Below, one piece after another: positions 1-9,194 of a stretch of DNA of 64,000 nt. Source of the DNA: Candidatus Woesearchaeota archaeon CG10_big_fil_rev_8_21_14_0_10_37_12 (lineage in GTDB: Archaea > Nanobdellota > Nanobdellia > Woesearchaeales > ARS49). Within the stretch, counting starts at the first letter, position 1, and each line of letters opens with the position of its first letter. The notes beneath the pieces were generated by a model that worked only from the letters and a program-made list of their open reading frames with translations, had not been told where the DNA came from and ran no database searches. The stretch is taken from contig PCYA01000009.1 in assembly GCA_002762795.1 (NCBI GenBank), positions 5,059 through 69,058 of the forward strand. The letters run 5' to 3'. The translations under genes and the position numbers were made by a program.

Positions 1-169
1 TATTATCAACAAACTTTCCCAGAATCACTGCAGGCAAGTTCGTAAGAATGCCAACAATAATCATAAGCACAGTTGCACTCAATAAGCTCGCTTTTTCTTT
101 TTTATGAAGTAATTCTGCAACTTTCTGAAAACTAACTAAAATTTCTTTAAACTCTTTTAGTAAAGACAT
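1..169 (-). CDS. 5' portion of a CDS running off the window start. The N-terminus MSLLKEFKEILVSF... is followed by a hydrophobic TM segment (membrane protein, possibly a transporter)
   Basis: Reverse-strand ATG at 167-169, with the frame open to the window edge. The hydrophobic stretch is VLMIIVGILTNLPAVILG. It is not in the ORF table because it is truncated. Confidence 0.3.
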   Translation of the reverse strand, partial: MSLLKEFKEILVSFQKVAELLHKKEKASLLSATVLMIIVGILTNLPAVILGKFVDN

Positions 170-193
170 AATTTTGAATTATTCCAACCCTTT

Positions 194-1399
194 TTATTCC
201 TTTTGCAACAAAACATCAAGCTCACCATGCAAACGTGTTTCAAAATCAGTAATGCGCTCACCTTCTTTTTTCTCATCAGACAAAACACGCATTAACTGCT
301 TTGCAAGCAAAACATCATTATCAGACAACTTGAACTGATCGCTATGCTCTTCCAAAAGTTTATTCTCCACGTCCTCAACATTAGCTTCTTTAATAGTTAT
401 CATCTCTAATTCCTTGCTGGTAAACCTATTGGTGTTTTTCAACACAACATAAGCCTGTTTTGCATAACAATCATGAAACACATCATTCCAATGCACATCA
501 GCAGGCTTGCCCTGCTTCAAACAACCTTGCACACGAATTGTTACAACTGCATTCTTCAAATCAGCGCTTGCGATTTGCTTTTTTATTTCTAATTCAACAT
601 CAGAAACTGTTTTGTTATCTGAATCAATAGTTAAACAAACAGTATTGTGCACGTGCAACGGAACGTGTCTTATTTCATCATCATTAACAATCACAAAACT
701 ACCATGCTGCAATTTTTCAATTTCAGAAAAATTATTCGGAAAAATCGGACCAGGATAAACAATATTATTTCTATCATCAATAGACTGTCTGTCAACAACA
801 TGTACGTGACCGCCTGCATAATAATCAAAATTGGCAGGCAACAATGAAACAGGCATAGCATCCATTTTCTCCAATTCTTTTGGCTTTAATTCAGCCAATG
901 CACTATGAAACAAAAAAATCTTTTTACCAGGCTCATTTTCCAAATACTCTTTTGCAAGAAAATGATAATAACCTGTTTCCAAACTTCCCTTCTTACCAAT
1001 CATTCCAGTAATTTTAACATTTGTTTTCGGATCAACTGTGAAATGCAAACGAATTCTGCCATCAGACAATTCTTCACCTTTTGCAACATTAATAGCAAGA
1101 CCAGCCTGCTCAAGAACATCGAGCATTGTTTTACCAGACGGAGAAAAATCATGACTGCCAGCAATAAAATACACAGGAATATTATTGTCTTTTATTTTCT
1201 TTAATTGTTCAACAGTCATTCTTAAACTATCAATCGCAGGAACAGCAGTGTTAAACAAATCTCCCGAAATTAAGAGGAAATCAACATGTTCTTTAATGCA
1301 GATATCAATAGCTAACTTAAATGAATTGGTATTTGCAGCTCGTAGTTTTGGATCTCTCCAAGAACCAATATGACAATCTGCAATGTGAGCGAACTTCAT
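194..1399 (-). CDS. mre11: Mre11-like DNA double-strand-break repair nuclease (calcineurin-like metallophosphoesterase)
   Basis: Phosphoesterase motifs [19 protein letters not shown] and GGHVH. It overlaps the upstream HerA gene by 4 bp. Confidence 0.8.
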   Translation of the reverse strand: MKFAHIADCHIGSWRDPKLRAANTNSFKLAIDICIKEHVDFLLISGDLFNTAVPAIDSLRMTVEQLKKIKDNNIPVYFIAGSHDFSPSGKTMLDVLEQAGLAINVAKGEELSDGRIRLHFTVDPKTNVKITGMIGKKGSLETGYYHFLAKEYLENEPGKKIFLFHSALAELKPKELEKMDAMPVSLLPANFDYYAGGHVHVVDRQSIDDRNNIVYPGPIFPNNFSEIEKLQHGSFVIVNDDEIRHVPLHVHNTVCLTIDSDNKTVSDVELEIKKQIASADLKNAVVTIRVQGCLKQGKPADVHWNDVFHDCYAKQAYVVLKNTNRFTSKELEMITIKEANVEDVENKLLEEHSDQFKLSDNDVLLAKQLMRVLSDEKKEGERITDFETRLHGELDVLLQKE

Positions 1400-2889
1400 A
1401 AACCTGCAATCCCTCCAAAACTTTGCTTAACTCTCTCAGCCTTCTTATAATCAACCAACGGAACTTTTATTGGAGTTGCAAAACTCAAAAAATTACTCGT
1501 TACAATAATCTCCCCTTTATCCAAACTTGCGATAATGCGATCATCACTTGACAAATCCTGCGCAGCACTCTCCATAATTGCCTGACGTTCTGGCTTTAAT
1601 TCAATACCCAAAATAATTTTAGTGTTCATATTCGCAAGCACTTGCCTTGGAATTAACGAAGGAAGCTGAGTAATAGCAATTAAACCAACATTGAATTTCC
1701 TTCCTTCTCTTGCAATCGTTGAAAAAATATTCGGCCCGTTTTCAAGTACATCCTTACCAAGCACACGAGGAGCTTCCTCAAGAACAATACCAATAACTGG
1801 CTTTGTCTTAAGTTCATTCTGAGAATACTTTTTTGCGCGGTCTAATATAACACTTGCAATCATGCTGCCAATCAGAATTTCAGTACTGCCATGAAAAGAA
1901 CTAGTATCAATAATAATAGTTTTACAATTTTCTAACCCAGATACAATGTCTGAAATAGTTGTTTTACCAGCAACCTTGTCAAACACTCCTTTGCATATCA
2001 GTTCATTATCAGTCACATCTAAACGAAGTAATTGCATCAATATTCTTTTAACAACGGCTAGTGTTGCTTCATGAAAATTAGTTATCTCTTTTTCAAGCAT
2101 AACTGCTTCAATCCAATTAGTTTTATATTTTCTATAATACGCAATTAATGCCTGTTTTTGCGCATCAGACCAATCAACAGCACCATCAAAATGACGCGGA
2201 GTTAACTCTTCAAGATTAATCTTTAATGACAAACCACCAGTAGTTGGGTTTGGAGAATACTGCACGATTTTTTCTTGTGCTTTTTCATGATGTTGTAATG
2301 TTTCAAAATACTCATTATGTGGATCAAGCACAAGCAACGCAGCACAATCTTTATCCACTAAATCCCACAACAAATTTGTCATCAAAACACTTTTGCCCCT
2401 CCCAGTTGTTCCTGCAATCAATACGTGATGGCTTAATGCTTTTCTTGCATCAATTGAAACAGGAACATCAAGCACTTTGCTCCCACTTCTTAAATTACCA
2501 AGCCTTACGGCATTTTGCGGAGCTGTCAAAAATGAAACATCGCTTGCAGCAACATCACGAACTTTTGCAAAAAATAAAGGCAAAGTCTTAGAAGAACGCG
2601 CTTTACCAGCATCAATAAAAGCCAAACTTTTTAGTTTTGCAAGAATATAAGTTCGGAGTTTAGTGTCCATCAATTCCAAAGAATCATCTTCCTCCAACTT
2701 TAACCCGGAAATAAGCTCAAGATGTTGTTGTGTTAACTGCGAACCATACAATAAATCAAACACTTGCAACAATAACTTTCCTTGTCTTGTATTTGCAACT
2801 AACAACTCTCCAAGTTCAAATTCAGCATCCGCTTTTTGCCTAACAAGAATATTGCCGAATTCTCCCCCAATCACTAATCCTTTTACCAC
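1396..2889 (-). CDS. herA: HerA-like hexameric DNA helicase/ATPase (FtsK-HerA superfamily)
   Basis: Walker A GTTGRGKS and an EEAxR Walker-B-like IVLEEAPRV. About 500 aa. It sits immediately upstream of and overlaps mre11, the archaeal herA-mre11 arrangement. Confidence 0.7.
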   Translation of the reverse strand: MVKGLVIGGEFGNILVRQKADAEFELGELLVANTRQGKLLLQVFDLLYGSQLTQQHLELISGLKLEEDDSLELMDTKLRTYILAKLKSLAFIDAGKARSSKTLPLFFAKVRDVAASDVSFLTAPQNAVRLGNLRSGSKVLDVPVSIDARKALSHHVLIAGTTGRGKSVLMTNLLWDLVDKDCAALLVLDPHNEYFETLQHHEKAQEKIVQYSPNPTTGGLSLKINLEELTPRHFDGAVDWSDAQKQALIAYYRKYKTNWIEAVMLEKEITNFHEATLAVVKRILMQLLRLDVTDNELICKGVFDKVAGKTTISDIVSGLENCKTIIIDTSSFHGSTEILIGSMIASVILDRAKKYSQNELKTKPVIGIVLEEAPRVLGKDVLENGPNIFSTIAREGRKFNVGLIAITQLPSLIPRQVLANMNTKIILGIELKPERQAIMESAAQDLSSDDRIIASLDKGEIIVTSNFLSFATPIKVPLVDYKKAERVKQSFGGIAGL

Positions 2890-2983
2890 ATATTTCTATG
2901 TTCTGCTGTGATTTTTATTCTTTATTGTAGTAGAAAGTAGAGAGTCCATTAAACAATAAAGAAATTGCCTGAAAACTCGCTAT

Positions 2984-3345
2984 CCCCGCAGCAAGCTGCG
3001 GGGTATTACTCGAGTTTTCTCGGCACTAAAAAACCACCGGGTTTTTGGTGCCCTGAAAATAAAAAGTATTTTCATGGCTTCGCCGACCAGCAATTTCAGT
3101 CTTTCAAGAACTGCCAAACAATGATATGTTTTGCGGCAGTTCTTGAGAATGCTCAGAATTTCAAAACAAAAACAATCAATTTTTGTGAAATTCTGACGTT
3201 TCAAAGTTGGTGCAGATAACTGCAGCAAGCTGCGGGGTACAAGAAAATCTCAAGATTTTCTGTACAGCGAAAAAAACATTTTTCGCGTACAGAAAACCGC
3301 AAGGTTTTCTTGTACAGGAAAAGCAGGGCTTTTCCTTGTATTCAA
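2984..3345. repeat. Hairpin-rich interspersed repeat cluster A. It has 2 copies of the palindrome CCCCGCAGCAAGCTGCGGGG, an 80-bp block shared with locus C and a 70-bp block shared with locus B
   Basis: Palindromes at 2984-3003 and 3220-3237. 3140-3205 resembles 26762-26830. 3270-3340 resembles 15237-15312 (CAGAAAACCGCAAGGTTTTCTTG hairpins). Confidence 0.7.
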
Positions 3346-3417
3346 CCCAACATTTGAAATAAAAAAGTATTATTTAAAAAGAACAATTTTTATATTTCTA
3401 TACATATCATTTCTGCT

Positions 3418-3693
3418 ATGAATAAACTTATGAAAGAAATTACTAAAAAAGCATTAGCCAAAGCAAAAGAGATAGAACAACACAATTTACCGACGGACGA
3501 AGAACTTTTTGAAATGCGCGAAAGAGCAATGGAAGAAGCACAACAATTACGAAGTCTCTTAAAACCAATAAGTCATCTTGACTGCAAACTAGAAGGAACA
3601 GTGCACATCGTCGGAAGAAAACAAAAAATTGCTCGAAAAACCAAATCAAAGAAACCTAAAAAACAGCCTAAAAAGAAAAATCTGCGACGATAA
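3418..3693 (+). CDS. Small, highly basic hypothetical protein with a K/R-rich C-terminal tail (nucleic-acid-binding candidate)
   Basis: ORF with an AT-rich, TATA-like upstream region (tttttatatttc). Tail is KTKSKKPKKQPKKKNLRR. Confidence 0.4.
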   Translation: MNKLMKEITKKALAKAKEIEQHNLPTDEELFEMRERAMEEAQQLRSLLKPISHLDCKLEGTVHIVGRKQKIARKTKSKKPKKQPKKKNLRR

Positions 3694-3895
3694 TGCAAAG
3701 GTTTTTGTTTTCTTTTTGAGAAAAGTTTATAAACAAGCATTGTTTCTCACAATCGTCGATCATAACGTTTAGAAAACGAAAAAAACAATAAAAAATAGTT
3801 TTCGTTTTCTAACTAATAAATGCCGCTAAATTGTTTAAACATATACGGTGTTTACTAGTTTCTCGACGTGGGTCGGAAAAAAGGAGGATGACCAA

Positions 3896-4183
3896 ATGGC
3901 AGAAAAAGTAGCAAAAGCAGGAGTAAAAAAAGAGGGTGGCTATCTTTACTTCGTTGACAAAAACGGAGATGTAAGCCGTGCAAAAATGGCACGCGGAAGA
4001 AAAGGCCGAGCAGGAAAACCAGAAAAAGTAGCAAAAGTAGGAGTAAAAAAACAATCAGGTTACTTATACTTCGTTGACAAAAACGGAGATGTAAGCCGTG
4101 CAAAAATGGCACGCGGCGGCAAAAAAAGAAAAGCAGCAAAACCAAAAGCAAAAAGAAAGACTGCAAAGAAAAAGAGACGATAA
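3896..4183 (+). CDS. Small lysine-rich protein made of two near-identical 42-aa repeats (KVAK-GVKK-GYLYFVDKNGDVSRAKMARG), with a poly-K/R tail
   Basis: Strong SD (aggagg) lies 7 nt before the ATG at 3896. The ORF table starts it at 3848 in the same frame. A 126-bp tandem DNA duplication lies within the CDS. Confidence 0.55.
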   Translation: MAEKVAKAGVKKEGGYLYFVDKNGDVSRAKMARGRKGRAGKPEKVAKVGVKKQSGYLYFVDKNGDVSRAKMARGGKKRKAAKPKAKRKTAKKKRR

Positions 4184-4280
4184 ATCTGATTAATTTTTTT
4201 ATTTTTATTTTACTATTGTATCATAGAAAACTATATAAACACAACTACTTGTCTGATAAACATAAAAAAGTGGGACGGAT

Positions 4281-4916
4281 ATGGTATTAAACAAACTTAA
4301 AAAAATAATTAGTGCTTACTTCTGGACAGGACCAAAACAAAACCTCAAAATAGGTCTATACGGTCCACCAAATGCAGGCAAAACAACACTCGCAAACAGA
4401 ATATGCGTTGACTGGTTAGGAACAGAACTAGGAACAGTCTCACCAATAGCGCACGAAACAAGAGAAGTACAAGTCAAAGAAAACGTTTCCATAAAAGGAA
4501 AAAATGGTAAAGAACTAGTTTTTAATTTGGTAGATACGCCAGGAATTGCAACAAAAATAGACTACGAAGACTTCATGAAATCAGGCATGGGTGAAAAAAA
4601 AGCCAAAAAAAGAGCACGCGAAGCAACAAAAGGAGTTATAGAAAGTATAAAATGGCTAGATGATGTAGATACTGTGCTAGTTGTACTTGACGGAACACAA
4701 GACCCATACAGCCAAGTAAACGTCACAATCATTGGCAATCTTGCTGCACGAAACATCCCAGTAATGATTCTTGCAAACAAATCAGACTTAAAAAAATGCA
4801 GTATCAAAAAAGTACAAGCAGCATTCCCACAATACGAAGTGCTTGGCATCAGTGCCAAAAACGGAAAAAATGTAGAACAATTCTACGAAAAACTATTCGA
4901 ACTAGCAGGTAAATAA
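4281..4916 (+). CDS. Small GTP-binding protein (P-loop GTPase, archaeal type)
   Basis: G1 GPPNAGKTT, G3 DTPG, G4 NKSD. Confidence 0.8.
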   Translation: MVLNKLKKIISAYFWTGPKQNLKIGLYGPPNAGKTTLANRICVDWLGTELGTVSPIAHETREVQVKENVSIKGKNGKELVFNLVDTPGIATKIDYEDFMKSGMGEKKAKKRAREATKGVIESIKWLDDVDTVLVVLDGTQDPYSQVNVTIIGNLAARNIPVMILANKSDLKKCSIKKVQAAFPQYEVLGISAKNGKNVEQFYEKLFELAGK

Positions 4917-4918
4917 AA

Positions 4919-5293
4919 ATGGTAACACTACGATTCGTACCACAAACAGAAATAGAAGGCTTAAGCGGCATAGGCAAAATACGCAAACTACTAGACTTAG
5001 CCAAACAAAACAAAATAGTGCTGTTACAAGGCAGACTCAAACAAGAAGAAGAAACAGAACTAATCAAAGTAACAATGGAAGAAATAAACAAAAAATTCAA
5101 AGGAATAGAATTAGCAGTAATTAACCCATCAGAAACAGCAAAAGACGGATTCCAGAAACTAAAATATGATATGTTGAACCTGCTTTTCAGAGAAACACAA
5201 GGAATAACAGTCATCGGACCATCAACAGTTGTAAAAAACATAAAAAAAGACCCAACACAAATAGAAATGCTCACGCGCGAAGCGAGGAAATAA
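4919..5293 (+). CDS. DUF2073-like protein, the conserved archaeal partner of the upstream GTPase
   Basis: Starts 3 bp after the GTPase stop. Size and sequence (LRFVPQTEIEGL...IVLLQGRL) fit the archaeal GTPase-DUF2073-Zn-ribbon triad. Confidence 0.5.
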   Translation: MVTLRFVPQTEIEGLSGIGKIRKLLDLAKQNKIVLLQGRLKQEEETELIKVTMEEINKKFKGIELAVINPSETAKDGFQKLKYDMLNLLFRETQGITVIGPSTVVKNIKKDPTQIEMLTREARK

Positions 5294-5329
5294 AAATCCC
5301 AACACCGCAAGCGGTAGGTATTTTTAAAG
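5292..5329 (+). terminator. Intrinsic-terminator-like hairpin CCAACACCGCAAGCGGTAGG followed by a T-tract. It is a member of a repeat family (second copy at 26550-26589)
   Basis: GC stem-loop immediately after the stop codon, followed by TATTTTTAAA. A near-identical 38-mer follows the stop of gene 25506-26525. Confidence 0.5.
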
Positions 5330-5385
5330 TTATGATGCCTATCAATTGCGAGTAATACAAGGAGGAACCCAGCTGTATCAATGAG

Positions 5386-5793
5386 ATGCATGGGTATCAT
5401 ACAAATAAAATGCCACACCAATGCGTACGATGCAACAAAATGTATGAAGACGCAGCACAAGAACTTCTTTCAGGATGTGAATGCGGAGCACGACTATTCT
5501 TTTACATCAAAAAAGAAAAATTAGCAGTTGCAAAACAAGTATTGCAGCAAAATATGAACTTAGAACAAAAAAAACAAATGGAAGAAGACGTTCTTGACCT
5601 TGTAGGAAGCGACCACTCAGCACCTGTTGTTCTTGATTTTGAAAGTATACGCGTAACAAAACCAGGACAATACGAACTTGATTTAGTTAAATTATTCAAA
5701 CAAGACCCTTTAGTTTTCAAACTTGAAGAAGGAAAATACATCATTGATGTAGCACAAAGTTTTGAGAAACATAGAAAGAAACACAATCTTTAA
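5386..5793 (+). CDS. Zn-ribbon protein (DUF2072-like), third member of the archaeal GTPase triad
   Basis: CVRCN...17 aa...CECG Cys4 ribbon at the N-terminus. Confidence 0.5.
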   Translation: MHGYHTNKMPHQCVRCNKMYEDAAQELLSGCECGARLFFYIKKEKLAVAKQVLQQNMNLEQKKQMEEDVLDLVGSDHSAPVVLDFESIRVTKPGQYELDLVKLFKQDPLVFKLEEGKYIIDVAQSFEKHRKKHNL

Positions 5794-5849
5794 ATAGGAG
5801 GTTATGTTAATATCCTCTATTATATTATAAAAAATGAGGTGAAAATCAT

Positions 5850-6347
5850 ATGGAAGAAGAACATCGCGGACTAGCACTCATTGTTCTCGGAGTCATATCA
5901 GTCATCGCAGTCGTTGGCTTAGTATTAATGTTCTCTGGAGCAAAACAAAGCACAGGAGCATTATTTACCAACGTAGGAACAGGAGATTTACCTGTTTGCG
6001 ACAGCCCGTGTACACTTGCTGTAGCAGGAAGCGATCATGACAACCAAATGCAAAGTGATATGTTCAACCGAAGAGGATTCTATCTTGCAGGACAAACACA
6101 ATTCACATACGCACTTGGCGCGCCAGAAGCACGAACAGAAACAGTAAACTGCTGGTGCCCAACACAAAACAACGCAGGACCACAATTCAGAGCAACAGGA
6201 GAACCAGAATCACTTGTAGGCTACAGACACGACGCAGTGCCAGTAGACCAATACGGAAACATACAATACCCTGGTGACCCAGTAGGACAAGACGTCCCTG
6301 CACAAGAAAGACCAAATTATCCAATTGGAACAAACACCTGGTCTTAA
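5850..6347 (+). CDS. Secreted or membrane-anchored Cys-containing hypothetical protein. The N-terminus resembles an archaeal class III (type IV pilin-like) signal peptide
   Basis: EHRG|LALIVLGVISVIAVVGL fits the [KR]G-hydrophobic prepilin pattern. Confidence 0.4.
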   Translation: MEEEHRGLALIVLGVISVIAVVGLVLMFSGAKQSTGALFTNVGTGDLPVCDSPCTLAVAGSDHDNQMQSDMFNRRGFYLAGQTQFTYALGAPEARTETVNCWCPTQNNAGPQFRATGEPESLVGYRHDAVPVDQYGNIQYPGDPVGQDVPAQERPNYPIGTNTWS

Positions 6348-6692
6348 ATGCGTTTTATTTTTTATTCTCTTTTTCTTATTCTTTTTATTTCAACAATAAG
6401 CGTTATAACACTTGACACATTCACCGGAGCAATTGTAAACGACGCAGACTGCCCAGGAGGAACAACATATGCATTCTGCAGATTACCAGAAGAATGCAAC
6501 AGAGTAGCAGAAGCATGGCTAAACTCAGGACACTGGCCTGTTGCACAAGTAGAAACACATCAAGGAATGACATATTGTTTCAGACGAATGACTGCAGAAG
6601 AAAAAGAACAAGCACTTATTCGCAAACAATATGCTGGACAACCAATGAACTTCCCAAGAGAACGAATTGTGAGCCAAAGAAACAGCATTTAA
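6348..6692 (+). CDS. Small secreted hypothetical protein (signal peptide, Cys-containing)
   Basis: Hydrophobic N-terminus. Its start abuts the stop of the previous gene (TAAATG). Confidence 0.4.
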   Translation: MRFIFYSLFLILFISTISVITLDTFTGAIVNDADCPGGTTYAFCRLPEECNRVAEAWLNSGHWPVAQVETHQGMTYCFRRMTAEEKEQALIRKQYAGQPMNFPRERIVSQRNSI

Positions 6693-6714
6693 CCTTGCAA
6701 TTCAATAACAAATA

Positions 6715-7647
6715 TTACTTCTTTTCCTCAGAATTATCCATAACAAGCCTTGCAACATTATTCGTTGCAGTTATCATTGACTTAAACAACTCAGCAACAC
6801 CTGGAGAAAGCTCACTTGCAGAGGTAATCAAACCAACTCTGTCAAGAGCAACCTGCTCTGCAAGCTTTCTATCACTCACAAAATAAGCCTTCATTGCATC
6901 AAGATAACTCTTTTCAACACGCTCAAACATCTCCTTGATATTTGATTTTTTCTTTTCCTTACCAACATACTCTGCCAAATGTTTTGTATAATCAGCAAAA
7001 TTTTCCAGATTAATCGTTAAATAATAAAAATTGAGAATCTGATCATTAGACAGCTGAAATGAATCCGCAATATGCTTATTTGCCAAGGAACTTTTTAACA
7101 AACGCATAAGCAAAAAATACGCACGATTCACTTCCTCATCACGCATAATGACGCTGTCAATAAGCTTTGCATCATCCAATGCAGCAACACTATCCTGAAG
7201 CATACTACGCACAAGCATGTCCATCCTACGAACAGTTTTCTCAACATTCACATCCTTAACATTCAACAAATCCTTTGCAACAATACTCTTCGCAGACTGC
7301 TCAGCAACTTCCAGCGCAACAAAATCATGTAACATTTTCCGAATGTCTTTTGTTTTTGCAGCAATAGAAGAACCAGCAAGAACAATTGTATTGTAATTGT
7401 TAATGTACGCGCTCGTGATTTCTCTCTGTAAAGTGCTTAATTCTTTATTATCTACAGAAATTGTAATCTCTTTCTGAGGAAGAGGCTCATCGCCTTTATT
7501 TTCAGGAGTAATCAACAATTCATGATCTCCCCGCTCATGCAGATAAACCAAATCACCCTTTTTAAGACGATGTTTATCTAGCCATTCTTTTGGCAAAGAA
7601 ATGGTATGCGATGCCTGGCCAGCCTTAACTAACCGTCTAATAATCAT
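6715..7647 (-). CDS. phoU: Phosphate-uptake regulator PhoU homolog with an N-terminal SpoVT/AbrB DNA-binding domain
   Basis: The N-terminus MIIRRLVKAGQASHTISLPKEWLDKHRLKKGDLVYL is an AbrB swapped-hairpin, followed by about 230 aa of helical PhoU-like repeats. This is the typical archaeal architecture. Confidence 0.6.
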   Translation of the reverse strand: MIIRRLVKAGQASHTISLPKEWLDKHRLKKGDLVYLHERGDHELLITPENKGDEPLPQKEITISVDNKELSTLQREITSAYINNYNTIVLAGSSIAAKTKDIRKMLHDFVALEVAEQSAKSIVAKDLLNVKDVNVEKTVRRMDMLVRSMLQDSVAALDDAKLIDSVIMRDEEVNRAYFLLMRLLKSSLANKHIADSFQLSNDQILNFYYLTINLENFADYTKHLAEYVGKEKKKSNIKEMFERVEKSYLDAMKAYFVSDRKLAEQVALDRVGLITSASELSPGVAELFKSMITATNNVARLVMDNSEEKK

Positions 7648-7895
7648 TCATAACACCTCTTTAATACGTATAACCGTACAATCAGTACCATAAGTATATA
7701 TAAATTTTTTGTAACTCTAGAATTGGCGCAACAAAGTACCGCAGCCCAGCTGCAAAGTATCAATATTAGGTTTAGCCTGCCTTTATAATCAATCATTAAA
7801 TAAGGACAATATCCAAACAACCCCAAAAACAGAAAAACAAAGCTGACGCATGTTTTTCTGAGTATTAAAAAGCTCAGCTTTTTAACACAACCCAA

Positions 7896-9047
7896 ATGGC
7901 GCATCCTAATTATTCTTGCGCCATTCATAATCCTATGACAACCACCAACCCAAAACTTGTAGAACAAGCCCTTGACTTTCTCAGAAACATCACCAAAAAA
8001 GACAAAATAGCCATCGTGCACGACACAGATCCTGACGGAATCTGCTCCGCAGTCATTGTTGCCAAGTTCATTGAACGATACAGAGGAAAAAAAATAGAAA
8101 TTCATATGCCTCTCAACAGAAAAATGCATGGATTTACTGATGACATGTTTACACAGTTCAAACAAGCCAACATCACCAAAATAATCACCACAGACTTTCC
8201 AGCAGGAGAACACAAAGAAATGCTCCAAAAATTTTCAAAAAAATTCCCTATACTAGTTATTGATCATCACCGCGTATATCTGGACAAACCAATGGACAAT
8301 GTTATTCTCTACAACCCACATTTATTCAGCACAATCGAACCAGCAAGATACTGTACGGGAAAACTAGCGTACGATTTAATATCGCAAATAACAAATATCT
8401 CAGACCTTGACTGGGTCGCAGCTACAGCAAGCATAGCAGATATAGCTCATCAGCCATGGATGCATTGGATAAAACAAACATTTGAAAAATATAATTATGA
8501 GTTCAAAGAAGAATTATTCAAAACAACAATAGGAGATGTTGCAATAACAATCAGCAGCACAGAAGTTTACGATGAAAAACTTGTAAACGATTGTTTTAAC
8601 TTGCTTTACGATGCAAAAACTCCACAAGAATTTACAAACTCAAAACTCAAAAAATACAGAGAAATAATAGATAAAGAAATATACAAACACCTTGACAATT
8701 TTGAAAAAAACGCAGAAAGATACAACGACTTGCTTATATATTCACTCGAATCAAAATATCGCGTAAAATCACCAATCGCAACAATACTCGGACAAAAATA
8801 TAAAAACAAAACAATCATACTAATCAGCGAAAACAAAGAAACAAAAACAATATCAGTCAGCGCACGACGCAGCGACAAAAAAATAGACACAGGGAAACTA
8901 CTTGAAACAACAATCAAAAACTTCAAAGACTCAACAGGAGGAGGACATCCTGCAGCATCAGCAGCAATATTTCCCGCAAAATATTTAGGTGAATTCAAAC
9001 AACTACTCATTAAAGAATATCAAAATGAAAAAACAAAAACAACTTAA
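7896..9047 (+). CDS. DHH-DHHA1 family phosphoesterase (NrnA/RecJ-like nuclease)
   Basis: Motifs DTDPDG, IDHH and GGGHPAASAA. The true start is possibly the downstream Met (MTTTNPK). Confidence 0.7.
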   Translation: MAHPNYSCAIHNPMTTTNPKLVEQALDFLRNITKKDKIAIVHDTDPDGICSAVIVAKFIERYRGKKIEIHMPLNRKMHGFTDDMFTQFKQANITKIITTDFPAGEHKEMLQKFSKKFPILVIDHHRVYLDKPMDNVILYNPHLFSTIEPARYCTGKLAYDLISQITNISDLDWVAATASIADIAHQPWMHWIKQTFEKYNYEFKEELFKTTIGDVAITISSTEVYDEKLVNDCFNLLYDAKTPQEFTNSKLKKYREIIDKEIYKHLDNFEKNAERYNDLLIYSLESKYRVKSPIATILGQKYKNKTIILISENKETKTISVSARRSDKKIDTGKLLETTIKNFKDSTGGGHPAASAAIFPAKYLGEFKQLLIKEYQNEKTKTT

Positions 9048-9194
9048 CATCACACTTGCCGTGTTCAGCATTTTAGCAGTACTCTTCATATTTGCAATAC
9101 TTCTTATTCTAAGCGGGAGAAATGTGATCATGGCAGGTCTTGGATAACCCTCTAACTTCACAAACTTTTTAAACAACCGCTAAAGCCAAAAATC

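Noticed and set aside
507-1373. Several 60-100-aa plus-strand ORFs inside mre11 (507-758, 647-847, 905-1204, 1185-1373)
   Set aside because: They are antisense to Mre11, whose phosphoesterase motifs are intact. Such ORFs are typical of AT-rich sequence
2984-3345. Possibility that the repeated palindromes are a CRISPR array
   Set aside because: The repeats are true palindromes of varying sequence at irregular spacing, dispersed over three distant loci. There is no regular repeat-spacer periodicity and no cas genes
3855-4166. 103-aa antisense ORF (LLLLLFFF...) opposite the tandem-repeat basic protein
   Set aside because: It is a mirror of the Lys codon runs (AAA/TTT gives Phe/Leu). The sense ORF has a strong SD and coherent repeats
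7644-8228. 194-aa ORF on the minus strand overlapping the 5' third of the DHH phosphoesterase gene
   Set aside because: It lies antisense to a well-supported gene with clear DHH motifs. Its translation (FVFSCWKVCGDYF...) is hydrophobic and low-complexity with no motif, so it is likely spurious
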